From Candidatus Binatia bacterium (GTDB lineage Bacteria; Desulfobacterota; Binatia; HRBIN30), in NCBI GenBank assembly GCA_044450645.1, contig JBIOJG010000030.1:47-64046 (forward strand): a DNA stretch of 64,000 nt, read 5' to 3'. Below, piece by piece: positions 35,296 through 47,577 of the stretch; the first letter of the stretch is position 1; each line of letters begins with the position of its first letter. Below the pieces are notes generated by a model. It had not been told where the DNA came from. It did not search any database and saw nothing but the letters and a program-made list of their open reading frames with translations. Made by a program: the position numbers and the translations under genes.

Positions 35296-37833
35296 ATGAT
35301 CAATACGGGGCTCAGATTGGAGGGGGCCGACCCTCGGCATCGTCCACTCACGCGCGCCGGTACCACCGTCGCTGCCTGGGCGCTTGCCTTGGTTGCGCTG
35401 GGTTCGCCTTGGCGCGCAACCGCGCAAGGCATCGAGGGCACGACCTACGAGATGGAAAAGGTCACGCCGCAGGAGTTTCGCGGTAACGTGCGCAACCTGC
35501 CCAGGCTACCTCCCAGCCCCAAGATGTATCGACCCCTGCTGCGGGGACCACGTAGCACCAAAATATTTCCGAGCCGACCAACCACTTTTGAGTCAATCCC
35601 TGTCCCATTTTCCCTCCCGTTGGCGCAGATGCCCGGCCCGGTGGAAGACTTTGCCGGTCTGAGTTTCATCGACAGCTGCACCGGTGGACAGTGTGGCGCG
35701 GGCTGGCCTCCCGACCCGAACGGGGACGTGGGTTCGAACCATTATGTCCAAGCGGTCAACGATGCCTATGCCATCTACAGCAAAACCGGCACCCTGCTTG
35801 CCTCGTTCACGGAGGATCAGTTGTGGAGCGGTAGTGGAGCGAATCCCTGCAACGGTGATTCTCAGGGCGACACCGTTGTTGTGTACGATCAGCTGGCGGA
35901 CCGGTGGATTCTCACGCACTTTGCCTTCGCCACCGCTGGAAGCACCCCGGTCTCGCCGTTCTACGAGTGCATCGCGGTGTCGAAGACGAGCGACCCGGTT
36001 ACGGGCGGGTGGTGGCTGTATGCCCTGCGCATGGACCCAGGCGGCGCGGGCAAGCCTTCCATCAGTACAATGAACGATTATCCCAAATTTGGCTTGTGGC
36101 CCGATTGCCTGTACATGGCGGCCAATGGCTTCAGAGAACCGGGCGACACTTTCGTCGGGGTGGAGTATGCCTCATTCAGCCGCGGTGATCTGGAAAGTGG
36201 CGCCGCGCTGACATGGTCGCTGGGTGTTGTCAACAATGCGACGGACCCCTTCACCATGATTCCCAGCAACCTGTTGGGCAGCTCACCGGGCACGCTGCCC
36301 CCACCCGGTACGCTGAACTACTTCGTCTCCGAATCGCAAACCACGTCGGCCTTCGAGGTGAGAACATTTGCGCCGGGCGGCAACTGTGGTGCTGGCGGTA
36401 CGCTCAGCTCCGCGACGAATGTGAGCCAGACGACCTATTTGGGCACGCCCGGCATGAACGTGCCTCAGCCCAATACGACGAACCGGATCGATGCGATCGA
36501 CGACCGCCTGATGCAAAAGGTGCAATATCGCAAAGTCGGGAGCGCCGAATCGCTGTGGGTTGTTCATTCGGTCCAAACCTCATTCAGCGCTGCGGTGGCA
36601 CCGCAGTGGGCCCAGATCGATGTCACTGGGGGCACGATTGCTACAACACCGGTTCAGCAACAAATCTATGCACCCGATACGACCCTCTATCGCTGGATGG
36701 GTAGCATAGCTGCCGACAGCGAGGGCAACGCGGCGCTCGGCTACAGCACCTCGAATGGTACCGCGCCGAACTACCCCAGCATCGCCTACTCCGGGCGCCT
36801 CGTGGGCGATCCGCTCAATCAGCTGCCGCAAAGCGAAGTCAAACTGATCGACGGGGAAGGCTCGCAAACTAATAGTTGCAGTGGCATCCCATGCGGCCGC
36901 TGGGGCGATTACAGTGCAATGAGTGTCGATCCAGCCGACGACTGCACCTTCTGGTACACCAACGAGTACTACAGCAGCCAAGCGAACGGCAATAGTGGGA
37001 ACTGGCAGACACGCATCGGCTCGTTCAAGTTCCCGTCTTGCGGCAGCGCCGCGCCGACCAGCACCCCGACAAACGTACCCACGGACACCCCGACCGATAC
37101 GCCGACTCAGACGCCGACAGTCACGCCAACGAGTACTCTGACCGCAACGGAAACCGCGACACCGACCAATACGCCGACGGAAGCCGCGACGGCAACACCA
37201 ACAAACACGGCAACCGTGGCTCCGACCGACACGGCGACGCCGACAGCAACCGCAAGCGTGACGAATACCGCGACGGACACGCCGACTAATACCCCAACGA
37301 GCACAGCAACAGCGACTGTGACGAATACGCCGACAACAACCCCGACGAGCACCCCGTCGGACACGCCGACCAATACCCCGACTGACAGTCCGACCGTCAC
37401 CACCACCCCAACAGTTACGCCGACGAGTTCGCCTACCGATACACCGACCACTACCCCAACTCACACACCGACCGTAACGTCGACACAGACGTCCACTCAG
37501 ACACCAACCGCCACAGCAAGCGCGACGCCAACGCTAACGGCAACAGCGACCGGGATGCCGACGCCTACTTCCACAGCCACGGCGAGATCGACTCCGACTG
37601 GCGTCGCTACTCCAACCGCGACACCTACGGCCACGGCGACATTGGTCGCGTGCGTCGGCGACTGCAATGGAAGAAGGACGGTGACTGTGGACGAGATCCT
37701 TATCATGGTGGATATTGCGCTCGGCAACGCGCCGCTTCACTTGTGCAATTCCGGCGATGCGAACGGAGACGGACGGATAACGGTCGACGAGATTCTGAGC
37801 GCGGTGAACAATGCCCTGAACGGATGCCCTTGA
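35296..37833 (+). CDS. secreted protein: about 600-aa unknown domain, Pro/Thr linker, C-terminal dockerin-like module
   Basis: Signal peptide [22 protein letters not shown]. The unknown domain is Cys- and Trp-rich ([25 protein letters not shown]). TPT-repeat linker of about 190 aa. C-terminal [25 protein letters not shown]...[29 protein letters not shown]. Confidence 0.7.
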   Translation: MINTGLRLEGADPRHRPLTRAGTTVAAWALALVALGSPWRATAQGIEGTTYEMEKVTPQEFRGNVRNLPRLPPSPKMYRPLLRGPRSTKIFPSRPTTFESIPVPFSLPLAQMPGPVEDFAGLSFIDSCTGGQCGAGWPPDPNGDVGSNHYVQAVNDAYAIYSKTGTLLASFTEDQLWSGSGANPCNGDSQGDTVVVYDQLADRWILTHFAFATAGSTPVSPFYECIAVSKTSDPVTGGWWLYALRMDPGGAGKPSISTMNDYPKFGLWPDCLYMAANGFREPGDTFVGVEYASFSRGDLESGAALTWSLGVVNNATDPFTMIPSNLLGSSPGTLPPPGTLNYFVSESQTTSAFEVRTFAPGGNCGAGGTLSSATNVSQTTYLGTPGMNVPQPNTTNRIDAIDDRLMQKVQYRKVGSAESLWVVHSVQTSFSAAVAPQWAQIDVTGGTIATTPVQQQIYAPDTTLYRWMGSIAADSEGNAALGYSTSNGTAPNYPSIAYSGRLVGDPLNQLPQSEVKLIDGEGSQTNSCSGIPCGRWGDYSAMSVDPADDCTFWYTNEYYSSQANGNSGNWQTRIGSFKFPSCGSAAPTSTPTNVPTDTPTDTPTQTPTVTPTSTLTATETATPTNTPTEAATATPTNTATVAPTDTATPTATASVTNTATDTPTNTPTSTATATVTNTPTTTPTSTPSDTPTNTPTDSPTVTTTPTVTPTSSPTDTPTTTPTHTPTVTSTQTSTQTPTATASATPTLTATATGMPTPTSTATARSTPTGVATPTATPTATATLVACVGDCNGRRTVTVDEILIMVDIALGNAPLHLCNSGDANGDGRITVDEILSAVNNALNGCP

Positions 37834-37890
37834 CTCGAATCCTGAATGACCATCCTTTGATTTCGCCTGGCAATCGGGTAGGGAACATCC

Positions 37891-38694
37891 ATGCCGTGGG
37901 TACGTGTCGGAGATGCGTCGCTCAACTACGAGCAGGCAGGCGAGGGTACGGACCTCGTTCTGATTCACGGTCTGGGCGGTGACCTACACATCTGGGATGC
38001 CGACGCACCGGTTTTCGCGCGGCACCACCGCGTGCTGCGCTACGATGTCCGTGGCTGTGGGGCATCCGAGAAGCCGCCGGGGCCGTACTCACTCTCGCTA
38101 TTTGCGCGTGACCTGGACGCGCTACTCGCGGCCTGTGGCGTGCGTGCTGCTCACATTCTTGGCGTATCGATGGGTGGCGTGATCGCCCAGCGCCTCGCGT
38201 TCGATGATCCGGATCGCGTGCGGTCACTGGTGTTGGTGAGCACCTCGAGCGAGGTGGGCGCAAGATCGATCGCTGCCTGGCAGCGGTTGGCCGACCTGAT
38301 CGAACGCGAAGGCTTCGATGCCCGTAGCGCAGACGCGTCACGTGCCTTCTCGCCGGCGTTTGCCACCCGTCATCCCGAGGTGGTGGCCGAGCTTGGCCGC
38401 CGGAATGCCACGAACGATCCGCGCGCCTATGCCGCGACGGCGCGCGCGGTGAGCGACTACAACTGGACCGCCGAGTTGCCGCACCTGACGGCACCAACCC
38501 TCATTCTGCAGGGCCTCGATGACCAGCTGACGCCGCCGGGCGGCTCGGTGAAGATGAGTCGGGCGCTGGCGCATGCACGGCTGCTGATGATTGCCGAGGC
38601 GGGACACAACCTGGCGCTTGAACAGCCGGCGGTCTTTCACCATGCCGTCCTTGCGTTCACTGCCGGCGTAGACTTCGCGCGTCCCGCTTTTTGA
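37891..38694 (+). CDS. alpha/beta-fold hydrolase (enol-lactonase-like)
   Basis: DLVLIHGLGGDLHIWD, GVSMGGVIAQ (GxSxG), conserved C-terminal His region. Confidence 0.8.
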   Translation: MPWVRVGDASLNYEQAGEGTDLVLIHGLGGDLHIWDADAPVFARHHRVLRYDVRGCGASEKPPGPYSLSLFARDLDALLAACGVRAAHILGVSMGGVIAQRLAFDDPDRVRSLVLVSTSSEVGARSIAAWQRLADLIEREGFDARSADASRAFSPAFATRHPEVVAELGRRNATNDPRAYAATARAVSDYNWTAELPHLTAPTLILQGLDDQLTPPGGSVKMSRALAHARLLMIAEAGHNLALEQPAVFHHAVLAFTAGVDFARPAF

Positions 38695-38728
38695 CACCAT
38701 CCCTCGGTTTCACTACGGGTGTACGCAC

Positions 38729-39745
38729 ATGCGGCGGTTTTCGTATCGGGCCTTCTTATGGGTGTTTGCTGCCGGCAACGCCATCGTCTGGTTTCTGATC
38801 TTGTACGGCCTCGGATTGTTCCTGCACGCCCATCTGGCTCGGGATGGCTGGTTGACACGCCAGAGCGCGGCACGGATGGTATGCTTCGGGTTACTCATCC
38901 CTAGTGTGCTCTCGCTTCAGGGAGCCATAGTGAACTTGCGCGTGCAGTTCTTGCTTGGTCGTTTTCTGTCACCGGCTGACGTATCGGCTTCACCCAGGGT
39001 GGTGCGCAGTCCGTGGTACGTGGCGGTGATGACGGCCGCGATATTCTGGGCGGCAGGGCTGCCGGTCTTCTTTGGCATGCTGTATTGGCGGCTACCCGAG
39101 GGGCTGGGAGCTCGAGGAATGGCGCTGCTGATGGGTGGCGTCGGCGCGCTGTCTATCTTGATGCTGGCAGCCTTTGCTGGTGACCGCGAGTTGCGTAGCT
39201 ACCTCCGTGTGATGGACGAGCCGACGGCGATGCCGATCTCGGCGGCACGCTACGCCGTGTGCCGCATCGCGATCCCTTGGGGAGTGGTGAACGCGGTCAT
39301 TAATGCCGTCTTGGCCTGGATTACGTATAGTGTGGGCACAGGAGGCGCGCCGGCGGTGCTCCTTGACGACTTGCGCGCCGATCTCGCCGTCATGGCGTTT
39401 CTCATCAGTGTGTTCATGGCGCTGTCGGCGTTACCGGAGGTGGAGACAGATTTTCGGCGAAACGTGGTGCAGGTGCCGGCCTGGTTGCCGTCGATGCCAC
39501 GGCTGTGGGTGCGGTACGGTTATGCGCTCGGTGTGGGGCTGGCGACGTATGCCGCCGTGACCGCAGCGGCGGCATCCGGCGTCTCCAGCGTATCGTTGGC
39601 GACTGCCGTTGTGGCCAAGAGCCTCATCAGCGGCGCTGTTGCGGCAGGTGCTGCCGGCGCCTGTGCCCTGTGGGGACTCGGTCGCTGCGCTCGCAGACGG
39701 GCTCCCCGAGACGTCGATGTCCTGGCGCCGGCAACGGCGCTTTGA
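38729..39745 (+). CDS. hypothetical polytopic membrane protein
   Basis: 338 aa. About 8 hydrophobic helices. No recognisable motifs. Confidence 0.45.
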   Translation: MRRFSYRAFLWVFAAGNAIVWFLILYGLGLFLHAHLARDGWLTRQSAARMVCFGLLIPSVLSLQGAIVNLRVQFLLGRFLSPADVSASPRVVRSPWYVAVMTAAIFWAAGLPVFFGMLYWRLPEGLGARGMALLMGGVGALSILMLAAFAGDRELRSYLRVMDEPTAMPISAARYAVCRIAIPWGVVNAVINAVLAWITYSVGTGGAPAVLLDDLRADLAVMAFLISVFMALSALPEVETDFRRNVVQVPAWLPSMPRLWVRYGYALGVGLATYAAVTAAAASGVSSVSLATAVVAKSLISGAVAAGAAGACALWGLGRCARRRAPRDVDVLAPATAL

Positions 39746-39776
39746 ATGAATCAGCAGAGCAGAAGGGAACGCGAAG

Positions 39777-40238
39777 ATGAAGCGACGGAACCAGATTCAC
39801 ATGACGCCAGACGAAATGCGGCAATTCCTGAAACGTTCGAAGACGATCGTTCTCTCCACCATTGACCACCACGGGTATCCGCACTCGGTCGCCATGTGGT
39901 ACGAGATGGAGGGGGATGATTTCGTCATGACGACCTATGCCAAATCACAGAAGGCGATGAACATCCGCCGCAATCCGAAGGTTGCGTTGATGGCGGAATC
40001 GGGGGAGACCTACGAGTCGCTCAAGGGGGTGCTGGTGCGCGGCCGGGCGGAACTCATCACGGATGCCGAGCGGTGCGTCGGGATCTTGCTGCGCGTACAC
40101 GAGAAGATGAGCGGTGCCGCGCTGCCGCCCGGGGCCGAGGGCGTGTTGCGCGAGCAGGCACGCAAGCGCGTCCTGATCAAGGTCACGCCCGAGCGCACGA
40201 GTAGTTGGGACCACAGCAAGCTGGGCGGCGTGTACTGA
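39777..40238 (+). CDS. pyridoxamine 5'-phosphate oxidase-family (PPOX class, possibly F420/FMN-binding) protein
   Basis: 153 aa. SKTIVLSTIDHHGYPHSVAMWYEMEGDDFVMTTYAKSQKAMNIRRNPKVAL split-barrel FMN-binding pattern. Confidence 0.7.
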   Translation: MKRRNQIHMTPDEMRQFLKRSKTIVLSTIDHHGYPHSVAMWYEMEGDDFVMTTYAKSQKAMNIRRNPKVALMAESGETYESLKGVLVRGRAELITDAERCVGILLRVHEKMSGAALPPGAEGVLREQARKRVLIKVTPERTSSWDHSKLGGVY

Positions 40239-40344
40239 GGATAAGCCGAAACCGGAACGCCCGACACCGCCTGCGGTGTGCTGGTCGACCGTGTTCCATA
40301 GCCAGGCACATAGCCTGGCGAGCTTCTAACAGTGCGGCGCCTTA

Positions 40345-42174
40345 TTGCAAATGGACGGACGGAAGCGCATGAGAGGTCGAGTCAGCTTTTGCATGATGTC
40401 TAGGGATCAACGCTTTCGGCATCGCGCACGGGGCATCCTCCTTGTGTCCGTGGTATTCCTGTCATGCATGAATATGGCGGTTGCAGCAGAAGTGCTCCCC
40501 GGCGACGCGGACTGCGACGGCGGAGGAATCGGCGCCGCTGACCTTGTTGCCCTCGAGGACGCCATCTTCTCCGGCAGCGACTGCGCCGGCGCGGACGTGA
40601 ACCATGACGGCGCAGTGACGGCAGCTGACCTGGTGGCGGAAATGGTGTTGCTGGTTCCGCCAACGTCGACCCCAACGCTGACACCGGCACCGTCGGTCAC
40701 CCTGACGCCAGTCCCTTCAGTCACGAACATCCCATCTCCCACGCCGTTTCCTACTGCCACCGTCTCGGCGACGCCGACGATCACGTTGAGCCCTACGATC
40801 ACTGGTACGCCTACGGTGAAAGGGTCACCGACCCGCACGTTCACGCCATCGCGGACGGCGACCCCATCTGCGACACCCACGCGTACGCTCCGGCCCACGC
40901 CCACGATCACCTCAACCTGGACCATTCCGCCGTCACCTACTCGCACAGCGACGCTCACGCCAACACCAACCCGTACGCCAACCTCAACCCGCACGCCGAC
41001 GGTGACACCTACGTCTACTCCGAGCCCCACACCAACTTCCACGCCGACGCTCACTGGGACGCCGACGCCGACGAAAACGGCCACTGCGACCGCCACGTCC
41101 ACCGCCACGCCAACGGTCACGCCGACTTCCACCGCGACCCTAACGTTCACGCCGACGCCGACTTTCACCGTGACCCCGACGTGGACCGCCACCCGAACGT
41201 CGACCGCGACGCGGACCCCGACCGAGACTGCGACAAACACCGCGACGCCGACGCCGACGCCGTCTCAGACCGCAACCGGTACGGCGACCGGGACGCCGAC
41301 GCTCACGGCCACGCGGACATTCACCGCGGTGCCGACGGCGACGGGGACCTACTCGCCGACGTTGACACCGAGCGTGAGCCCGACGCGAACATCGAGCCCA
41401 ACGGTGACCTCTTCCCCCACGACCAGTGCGACGCGGACTTTCACCCCGAGCTTTACAGCGACGGTCACGGCAACAGCGACGGCCACGGCAACACTGACGC
41501 CGACGGGGCAGGGTCCGATCATCACGTTTTTCGGAGTCCTGACGAGAGCGGATGGCTGTATTTCCTGCTGTGACGTCAGTTGCGCCAACACACCGACGCC
41601 CACGCCGTTCTTTGATGACCAGGGCCGCCGCATTTTTCAGGTCGACGGCGGTATCCTGAATATCGTCGTCGAGGGCGGCAAGGGGCTGAGTACAGCGGAT
41701 GTAGCGACATCACTGCAACCGAGCCCCCCGGACAATCGACCCGACCTTCAGATCGAGGCCACGCAAAGCCTCGGCGACGGCAGCCCTGCAGTATGCGACA
41801 TCGGTCCCACCTCAGCGGGAGGCGGCGGTGTTCCCGGGATAGTGCCGCCCGATTTTACACTTGAACCGAACCCGGGGCCGACGCCGGGGACGATCTCCGG
41901 GGCGCTGGCCGATTTCGCCTGCCGCTTCAGCTACCAAGCACCAGGTTTCCAATGCACCTACTGGGACCTGGCGACGCCGGGGTATGCCGGCCCGGGAAGT
42001 TCCGCTCAGTTCTGCGACCAGACGGATGCGAACGCCGCGTTCAATCCGGGAGACTCGATTTTGACGGTGCGGTTGCGTGACGTCAACGGCAACACCGGGC
42101 CGACGGCGCAGATTGTGGTCCGAGTGAACACGCCAAGGCCGACGCGAACGCCGACGCAAACGCCGACGCCGTGA
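40345..42174 (+). CDS. secreted protein: N-terminal dockerin-like module, about 250-aa Pro/Thr linker, C-terminal unknown domain (paralog A)
   Basis: Signal peptide ([20 protein letters not shown]; start likely an internal Met near 40393). [25 protein letters not shown]...[23 protein letters not shown]-terminal domain with [10 protein letters not shown] and [14 protein letters not shown]. Confidence 0.7.
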   Translation: MQMDGRKRMRGRVSFCMMSRDQRFRHRARGILLVSVVFLSCMNMAVAAEVLPGDADCDGGGIGAADLVALEDAIFSGSDCAGADVNHDGAVTAADLVAEMVLLVPPTSTPTLTPAPSVTLTPVPSVTNIPSPTPFPTATVSATPTITLSPTITGTPTVKGSPTRTFTPSRTATPSATPTRTLRPTPTITSTWTIPPSPTRTATLTPTPTRTPTSTRTPTVTPTSTPSPTPTSTPTLTGTPTPTKTATATATSTATPTVTPTSTATLTFTPTPTFTVTPTWTATRTSTATRTPTETATNTATPTPTPSQTATGTATGTPTLTATRTFTAVPTATGTYSPTLTPSVSPTRTSSPTVTSSPTTSATRTFTPSFTATVTATATATATLTPTGQGPIITFFGVLTRADGCISCCDVSCANTPTPTPFFDDQGRRIFQVDGGILNIVVEGGKGLSTADVATSLQPSPPDNRPDLQIEATQSLGDGSPAVCDIGPTSAGGGGVPGIVPPDFTLEPNPGPTPGTISGALADFACRFSYQAPGFQCTYWDLATPGYAGPGSSAQFCDQTDANAAFNPGDSILTVRLRDVNGNTGPTAQIVVRVNTPRPTRTPTQTPTP

Positions 42175-42282
42175 AACGGCTGGGAAATTCCCGCGGCCGC
42201 GCCGGGACGCTCCTGGATCGTCCACGGTTCGATCTTCTCATATTGCAAACGGCGTGCATTCCAGGCATGACCAGAGCACTGT

Positions 42283-44568
42283 ATGCTGCGTTCTGGTGTC
42301 TCGCGCGCGAGCGGTCTTCGTTATCACGGTGCGAGCCTGGTGGTCGTGGCCTTCCTGTGCATGTGGGCGTGCGGCTCAATCGCCGCGGCCACGACCTTGC
42401 CGGGGGATGCGGATTGCGATGGCGATGCCTTGGTCGATGCGACTGATGTCGCCGCTGTTGTTGCCGCGATCTTCGAGGGCAGTTCGTGCGCCGGTGCGGA
42501 CGTCAACGGTGACGGGGTGCTCTCGGCTGCGGACCTTCCCGCCGAGGTGATGGCGTTCGCTGCTCCGCCATCTGAGACGCCGACAGTTACGCCCAGCCCC
42601 GGCCTGACGCCCTCGCTGACGGCGACCGCAACCGTAACGCCGTCGCCCACGCTTTCACCTTCGCCTGTCACGCCGCCGTCTACCGCGACATGGACTGTCA
42701 CCCCATCAATCACGCCAACCTTCTCCGTGACCTCAACGCCGTCCAATACGGCGACGCACGGGCCGAGCCAGACACCGTCGTTGACTGCCACCGCGTCGCG
42801 GACACCGACCTTCACAACGTCGCCCTCGCCGAGCACCACTCCAACGTCAACCGCAACTGCGACCCGGACACCCAGCCCGACGCGGACGCCGACAGCAACG
42901 CCATCGCCGACCCCGACGCGCACGCCGACGGCAACTTTATCGCCGACCCCGTCCCGGACACCAACGTTCACCTTTACGTCGTCGCCAAGTGTGACACCGA
43001 CACCAACCCCAACCGCGACGCTGACGCCGAGGCCGACGCGCACGCCTACGGCGACGGCGTCGCCGACTATGTCCTGGACACCAACGTTCACTTTCACGTC
43101 CTCGCCAACTGCAACACCGACACCGACCCCAACCGCGACGCCGACGCCGAGCCCGACGCGCACGCCTACGGCGACGCCGACGCCAACGCCCTCACGAACG
43201 CCGACTTTTACGGCCACGCCCTCGCTGAGCCCGACTCCCACACCATCGCCAACCGACACCGGCACGCCAACGCCGACGCCAACACTCACGTCGACACCGA
43301 CGCCGACACCCTCCCGGACGCCGAGTTTCACGTCTACGCCGTTCCCCACACTGAGCCCGACACCGACGTTCACGGTGACATTGACGCCAACGTCAACGGG
43401 AACTCCGACCGTCACGGCGACGCCGTCGCTGACCCCGACGCCGACGCTATCGCCCACCAGCACTCAGACGTTGAGCCCAACGCCGACTAAAACGCCTACG
43501 GCAACTCGGACAGCGACCTGGACACCGACACAGACGCCGACACCAACACCGACGTCATCGAACCCGGGGCCGCAGGTGCTCTTCTTTGGCATTACGAGCC
43601 CAGATGGGTGTCTGGCTTGCCCAGCCCCTGGATGCGACTGTGTCAGTTGGCCGACACCGACGCCGTTTGTCGGCCCGGGTCCTCAGATCTTTTCGGTTCC
43701 CGGGCAGTTCATGATTGTCATCGAGGCGACGCCAGGCACAAACGGTGTGCCGGTCTCGAAAGTCCCGTACGTACAGCCGGGATGCGGTCCGGGCGTTGGG
43801 CGTCCGGATCTGCAAATTGAGACCACCCGAAACATGGGAACCGCCAGCACCCCATTGTGCAGTCTGGACGGGAGCATCACTCAGCTCGGATACATCCCGG
43901 GCATTCCGACGCCCAGCTTCGGCCCGGATACAGGCCCGACCCCCACGATCACGAACGCGCTGCAAAACTTCTCCCTGACGTTCACGTACCATGACCCTCT
44001 CACCGGTCCATGCACCAAGGATGCCGGAGGCAACGACGCGTATTTCCACGCAGGCGCGACGCAATTCTGCAGCGACCAAATCACTGGGGCTCAGAGCTTC
44101 CCTCAGGGCGAGTCGTTGCTCACTCTCCAGGTGCTCGATGCGAACCATAACCCCGGGCCAACGGCACAGATCATCGTGCGGGTACCAACCTGGACGCCAA
44201 CTCCGACCATAACGCCCACACAGCCCACGTCTACAGCCACGGCAACGCAACCGTCCGCAACTCCTACCGTTACCTTTACGCCGACGATGACAGGGACCCC
44301 GACCGGCACGCCAACTGCGACGCTGGCGTCAACGCTCACCGCGACGTCGACGGCGGCGTCTACGCTTACTCCCAGCGTGACGCCGACGCAGACACCAACT
44401 AGCACGCCAACTGCAACGTCATCACCAACGCTCACCGCGACAGGGGTGGCGACGCCGACGCCTACCGTGACGCCTACACCGTCAGCAACCCCGACGGCCA
44501 CGGAAACCCCAACGCCGTTTCCCACGGAGACGTTCACTCCTGGCCCGACGCCGACCAACACGCCTTAG
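42283..44568 (+). CDS. secreted protein: N-terminal dockerin-like module, Pro/Thr linker, unknown domain, second Pro/Thr tail (paralog B of 40345)
   Basis: Signal peptide. [26 protein letters not shown]...[22 protein letters not shown]. Shares [10 protein letters not shown] and [14 protein letters not shown] with paralog A. Confidence 0.7.
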   Translation: MLRSGVSRASGLRYHGASLVVVAFLCMWACGSIAAATTLPGDADCDGDALVDATDVAAVVAAIFEGSSCAGADVNGDGVLSAADLPAEVMAFAAPPSETPTVTPSPGLTPSLTATATVTPSPTLSPSPVTPPSTATWTVTPSITPTFSVTSTPSNTATHGPSQTPSLTATASRTPTFTTSPSPSTTPTSTATATRTPSPTRTPTATPSPTPTRTPTATLSPTPSRTPTFTFTSSPSVTPTPTPTATLTPRPTRTPTATASPTMSWTPTFTFTSSPTATPTPTPTATPTPSPTRTPTATPTPTPSRTPTFTATPSLSPTPTPSPTDTGTPTPTPTLTSTPTPTPSRTPSFTSTPFPTLSPTPTFTVTLTPTSTGTPTVTATPSLTPTPTLSPTSTQTLSPTPTKTPTATRTATWTPTQTPTPTPTSSNPGPQVLFFGITSPDGCLACPAPGCDCVSWPTPTPFVGPGPQIFSVPGQFMIVIEATPGTNGVPVSKVPYVQPGCGPGVGRPDLQIETTRNMGTASTPLCSLDGSITQLGYIPGIPTPSFGPDTGPTPTITNALQNFSLTFTYHDPLTGPCTKDAGGNDAYFHAGATQFCSDQITGAQSFPQGESLLTLQVLDANHNPGPTAQIIVRVPTWTPTPTITPTQPTSTATATQPSATPTVTFTPTMTGTPTGTPTATLASTLTATSTAASTLTPSVTPTQTPTSTPTATSSPTLTATGVATPTPTVTPTPSATPTATETPTPFPTETFTPGPTPTNTP

Positions 44569-44746
44569 CACGGCAAGAAGCCGCCGGATGCCGTCAAGGA
44601 GCCGAAAAAGGTGGTTTTTTCAAATAATTTGGGGTTTACTATTGACTAGTTTTGGCGAATACGGCATACGAGAAAGCGGTTTAGTCCGGGACCGAAGACC
44701 GGTCTCGTTAACAGTAGACGCTGGAATTGCCGAAAGGAGGCGTGCG

Positions 44747-46183
44747 ATGCGTGGATCAAAGCGGAGTCCTTGGCTGTTTGGCCTTGGGGTACTGCTCGCT
44801 GTCCTGGTGGTGTATGGAGGGCATGCCCGAGCCGACGTGACCACCGATCGATCTGGTTCAATCATTGTGTTTCCCAAAGTGGTGGCGGATGGCACACGGG
44901 ATACCATCATCCAAATGGCAAACACCTCTAACACGCAGACCACCGTGCACTGCACGTACGTCAACGCAGCCGGGTTCTGCAGTGTGACGACCACAACCCC
45001 GTGCGATCTCGATTCCGACTGCAGCACGGGCGAACTGTGCGTTCACCAATGTCTCGATCATAACTTTGAGATTTTTCTAACGGCGCAGCAGCCGACGTCA
45101 TGGAGGGTCAGTGCCGGCCGTGACTCCTTCCCGTTTGGGGGTCTGTCGGTGCCGCCGATGTTTGGCGGCACGAGCCCGAGCCCGTTTGTGGGCGAACTGA
45201 AGTGCGTCCAGGTTGACGGCTCGGGTGCGCCTGTCGGCCAGAACTCGCTCAAGGGCGAAGCGACCCTCTTCAGCGTCGCAGCTGGCCAGAAGTTTGGGCA
45301 GGTCAGCGAATACAATGCAATCGCCATTCTGGGGAACGGAGCCGGGTTGTCTGCACATAGCAACGTGCTCAACCTCAACCTCGCTGGCACCTGTCTGGCC
45401 GGTCCGAACATCGGACTGGCTTGCTCGGTCGACACGCAAGCGTCTGACTGTCCCGGTAGCACCTGCACCTTCAATGCTTTGGGTGAGTTCAATGCGTGTC
45501 CGAACAGCCTGGTGGTGAATCACTACGGTGATGGTGCCACCGATAGTTTCACCGGTGCGGACGTGAATACCGAACTGACGCTGGTTCCGTGCACGGAGCT
45601 TCTGGAGCTGGTGCCGACACACGCCCTGGCGCAATTCCAGATTTTCAATGAGTTCGAAAACAAGCTGAGCGCCAGCATAGACTTTGACTGCCTTTTGAAT
45701 CGGCGGTTGAGTAACATTAGCAGCCAGTTCACTGCTGGTACGATCGGCTCCGACTTTGCCAAGACGCGTATTTCACCGGCGGCCGGCAGCATCTGCTACA
45801 CTGGCGACAATCGGTGCCATCTCTGTACGCTTGGCGACACCGACCTTCAGTGTAACCCGGTGGGTGGGACGCCGCTGCCGGTAGGGGCGCTCGTGGGTAA
45901 CTGTGACTGCAACGCCGGCAACCCGTGCGTGAACCCGATCGGCGTCGGAACATGCGCCATAAGCGGGGCCAACTGTCAGAATGCTGGAGACTGCCCCGGT
46001 GCCGGAGACTCCTGCACCATCACGAACACCTTCGGGTGTATGCCTTGGTCCGGGCTACTTGGCGTAGCGGAGGAATTCCAGCAGCCTGTCGGTACGGGGT
46101 CCGTACCCGGTACGGCAGCGGTGAATGTGTATGTGGAAGGCAGTCGCCCAGGCGACGTCATTGTCCTGCCGCCGGTGCAGTAA
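44747..46183 (+). CDS. secreted Cys-rich protein, unknown family (paralog 1 of 4)
   Basis: SD aaaggagg 6 nt upstream. Signal peptide ends ARA|DVTTDRSGSIIVFPKVV. Shared family motifs: GELKCVQVD...LKGEATLF, TELTLVPC, QFQIFNEFENKLSASIDFDC, KTRISP. Confidence 0.75.
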   Translation: MRGSKRSPWLFGLGVLLAVLVVYGGHARADVTTDRSGSIIVFPKVVADGTRDTIIQMANTSNTQTTVHCTYVNAAGFCSVTTTTPCDLDSDCSTGELCVHQCLDHNFEIFLTAQQPTSWRVSAGRDSFPFGGLSVPPMFGGTSPSPFVGELKCVQVDGSGAPVGQNSLKGEATLFSVAAGQKFGQVSEYNAIAILGNGAGLSAHSNVLNLNLAGTCLAGPNIGLACSVDTQASDCPGSTCTFNALGEFNACPNSLVVNHYGDGATDSFTGADVNTELTLVPCTELLELVPTHALAQFQIFNEFENKLSASIDFDCLLNRRLSNISSQFTAGTIGSDFAKTRISPAAGSICYTGDNRCHLCTLGDTDLQCNPVGGTPLPVGALVGNCDCNAGNPCVNPIGVGTCAISGANCQNAGDCPGAGDSCTITNTFGCMPWSGLLGVAEEFQQPVGTGSVPGTAAVNVYVEGSRPGDVIVLPPVQ

Positions 46184-46273
46184 GTAAGGGTGGCGCGAGG
46201 TGGATCGATGAAGTCGAATGTGTCTCGCAGGAAACCCTGGGTCGCCCGCGAGTGGGACGAAAGGAGATGGGCA

Positions 46274-47515
46274 ATGGTGAAGATGACACGAGTTGCCTCG
46301 GTGACGACGCTGGCCGGACTCGCGCTGGGCATGTGGATGCTTGCGGCGCAGTCACCAGCAGAGGCCAAGACCACGTCGGATCAGGCCGCGGCCATACTCT
46401 ACTGGCCTAAGGTCGTCGTGGACAGCGCCAATCATACCGACACTTTGATTCGCTTGAGCAATACCAACACGAGCCTGCAGAAACAGGCGCACTGCTATTA
46501 TATCGATGCCAACAGTCACTGCTCCAATAACCCTAGTCAGGTATGCAACGGAAGCTGCTCTGGCGCGGGCGTGTGCCTCCAAGGCTGGGGCGAAATCGAC
46601 TTTGACATCGTCATCACCAGAGATCAGCCGCTGGCGTGGCACGCCAGTTCTGGGATGCATCACGGGCAGTTTCCGCTCGAGGTTCCTGGTGTGTGCAAAT
46701 TGGGACCTCCTTTCCCTTGCTCAGCCGACTTCCAGTGCCCTGCGGGCCCGGGGGGTGGCTGCCTGCTCCTGCCGAATAACATCGGCAGCGGGATCCCTCC
46801 CGTTGCGGAAGACCCGTTTGTGGGTGCACTGATTTGTGTGCAGTACGACCCGAGCGCAAATCCGCCAGCTCCGGACCAGAGCCTGACCACCGGCAATGCC
46901 CTGATCGGGGAGGCAACAATCGAGCGCGCGATCCCGGCGGCCGCTCCTGCTCCCGCGGGTGTGGACCTCGCGTCTTACAACGCGGTCGGCGTGAGGTATA
47001 AGGGTGGCGTCGAAACGGTGCCCCCTGGCGAGTTGCACCTCGACGGCGTGCAGTACGAGAGCTGCCCAACGACCCTGATTCTTGACCACCAATTCGACGT
47101 GGTTACAGGAACCGAGCAACAGGTGACCGATCTGACGCTGGTTCCCTGCGGTAATAATTTCCTCACGCAGACCCCAGGGTCAGTGACGGCGCAGTTCGTC
47201 ATCTTCAACGAGTTCGAGCAACGTTTCTCAACCAGCAATGGGGTGGACTGCTTCTTTGACAAGCAGCTCTCCAGGATCGATACCGTAGACCCGTCACGCT
47301 CGATATTCACGAGTTCGCAGGCTGGGACCGCTGTGGGCCAGACGCGTATCCGGCCCGTCAGCAGCGCCGCCACGGGTCGAGGGGTACTGGGGGTGGCGGT
47401 GTACAGGCAGCTCGGACCCACCGGCCTTGTTGGCGATGCGGCGTATGATCTGCACCAGAGTGGCAGTCTCGCTCCTGGTTCAGGAACACAGCCCGACGTC
47501 ATTACCATCCCGTAG
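46274..47515 (+). CDS. secreted Cys-rich protein, unknown family (paralog 2 of 4)
   Basis: SD aaggag 7 nt upstream. Signal peptide ...AEA. ILYWPKVVVDSANHTDTLIRLSNTNTS, GALICVQYD...LIGEATI, TDLTLVPC, AQFVIFNEFEQRFSTSNGVDCF, GQTRIRP. Confidence 0.75.
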   Translation: MVKMTRVASVTTLAGLALGMWMLAAQSPAEAKTTSDQAAAILYWPKVVVDSANHTDTLIRLSNTNTSLQKQAHCYYIDANSHCSNNPSQVCNGSCSGAGVCLQGWGEIDFDIVITRDQPLAWHASSGMHHGQFPLEVPGVCKLGPPFPCSADFQCPAGPGGGCLLLPNNIGSGIPPVAEDPFVGALICVQYDPSANPPAPDQSLTTGNALIGEATIERAIPAAAPAPAGVDLASYNAVGVRYKGGVETVPPGELHLDGVQYESCPTTLILDHQFDVVTGTEQQVTDLTLVPCGNNFLTQTPGSVTAQFVIFNEFEQRFSTSNGVDCFFDKQLSRIDTVDPSRSIFTSSQAGTAVGQTRIRPVSSAATGRGVLGVAVYRQLGPTGLVGDAAYDLHQSGSLAPGSGTQPDVITIP

Positions 47516-47577
47516 TCATTGGTGCCTGAGTGACGGGGGAGAGAGTTCAGGCCGGAATCCTAATAAGGAGGAAGCTC

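Noticed and set aside
36580-37464. 294-aa Arg/Cys/Gly-rich minus-strand ORF, and 42690-43490(+) His/Asp/Ala-rich ORF
   Set aside because: Alternate-frame translations of the same Pro/Thr linker repeats. Composition artefact.
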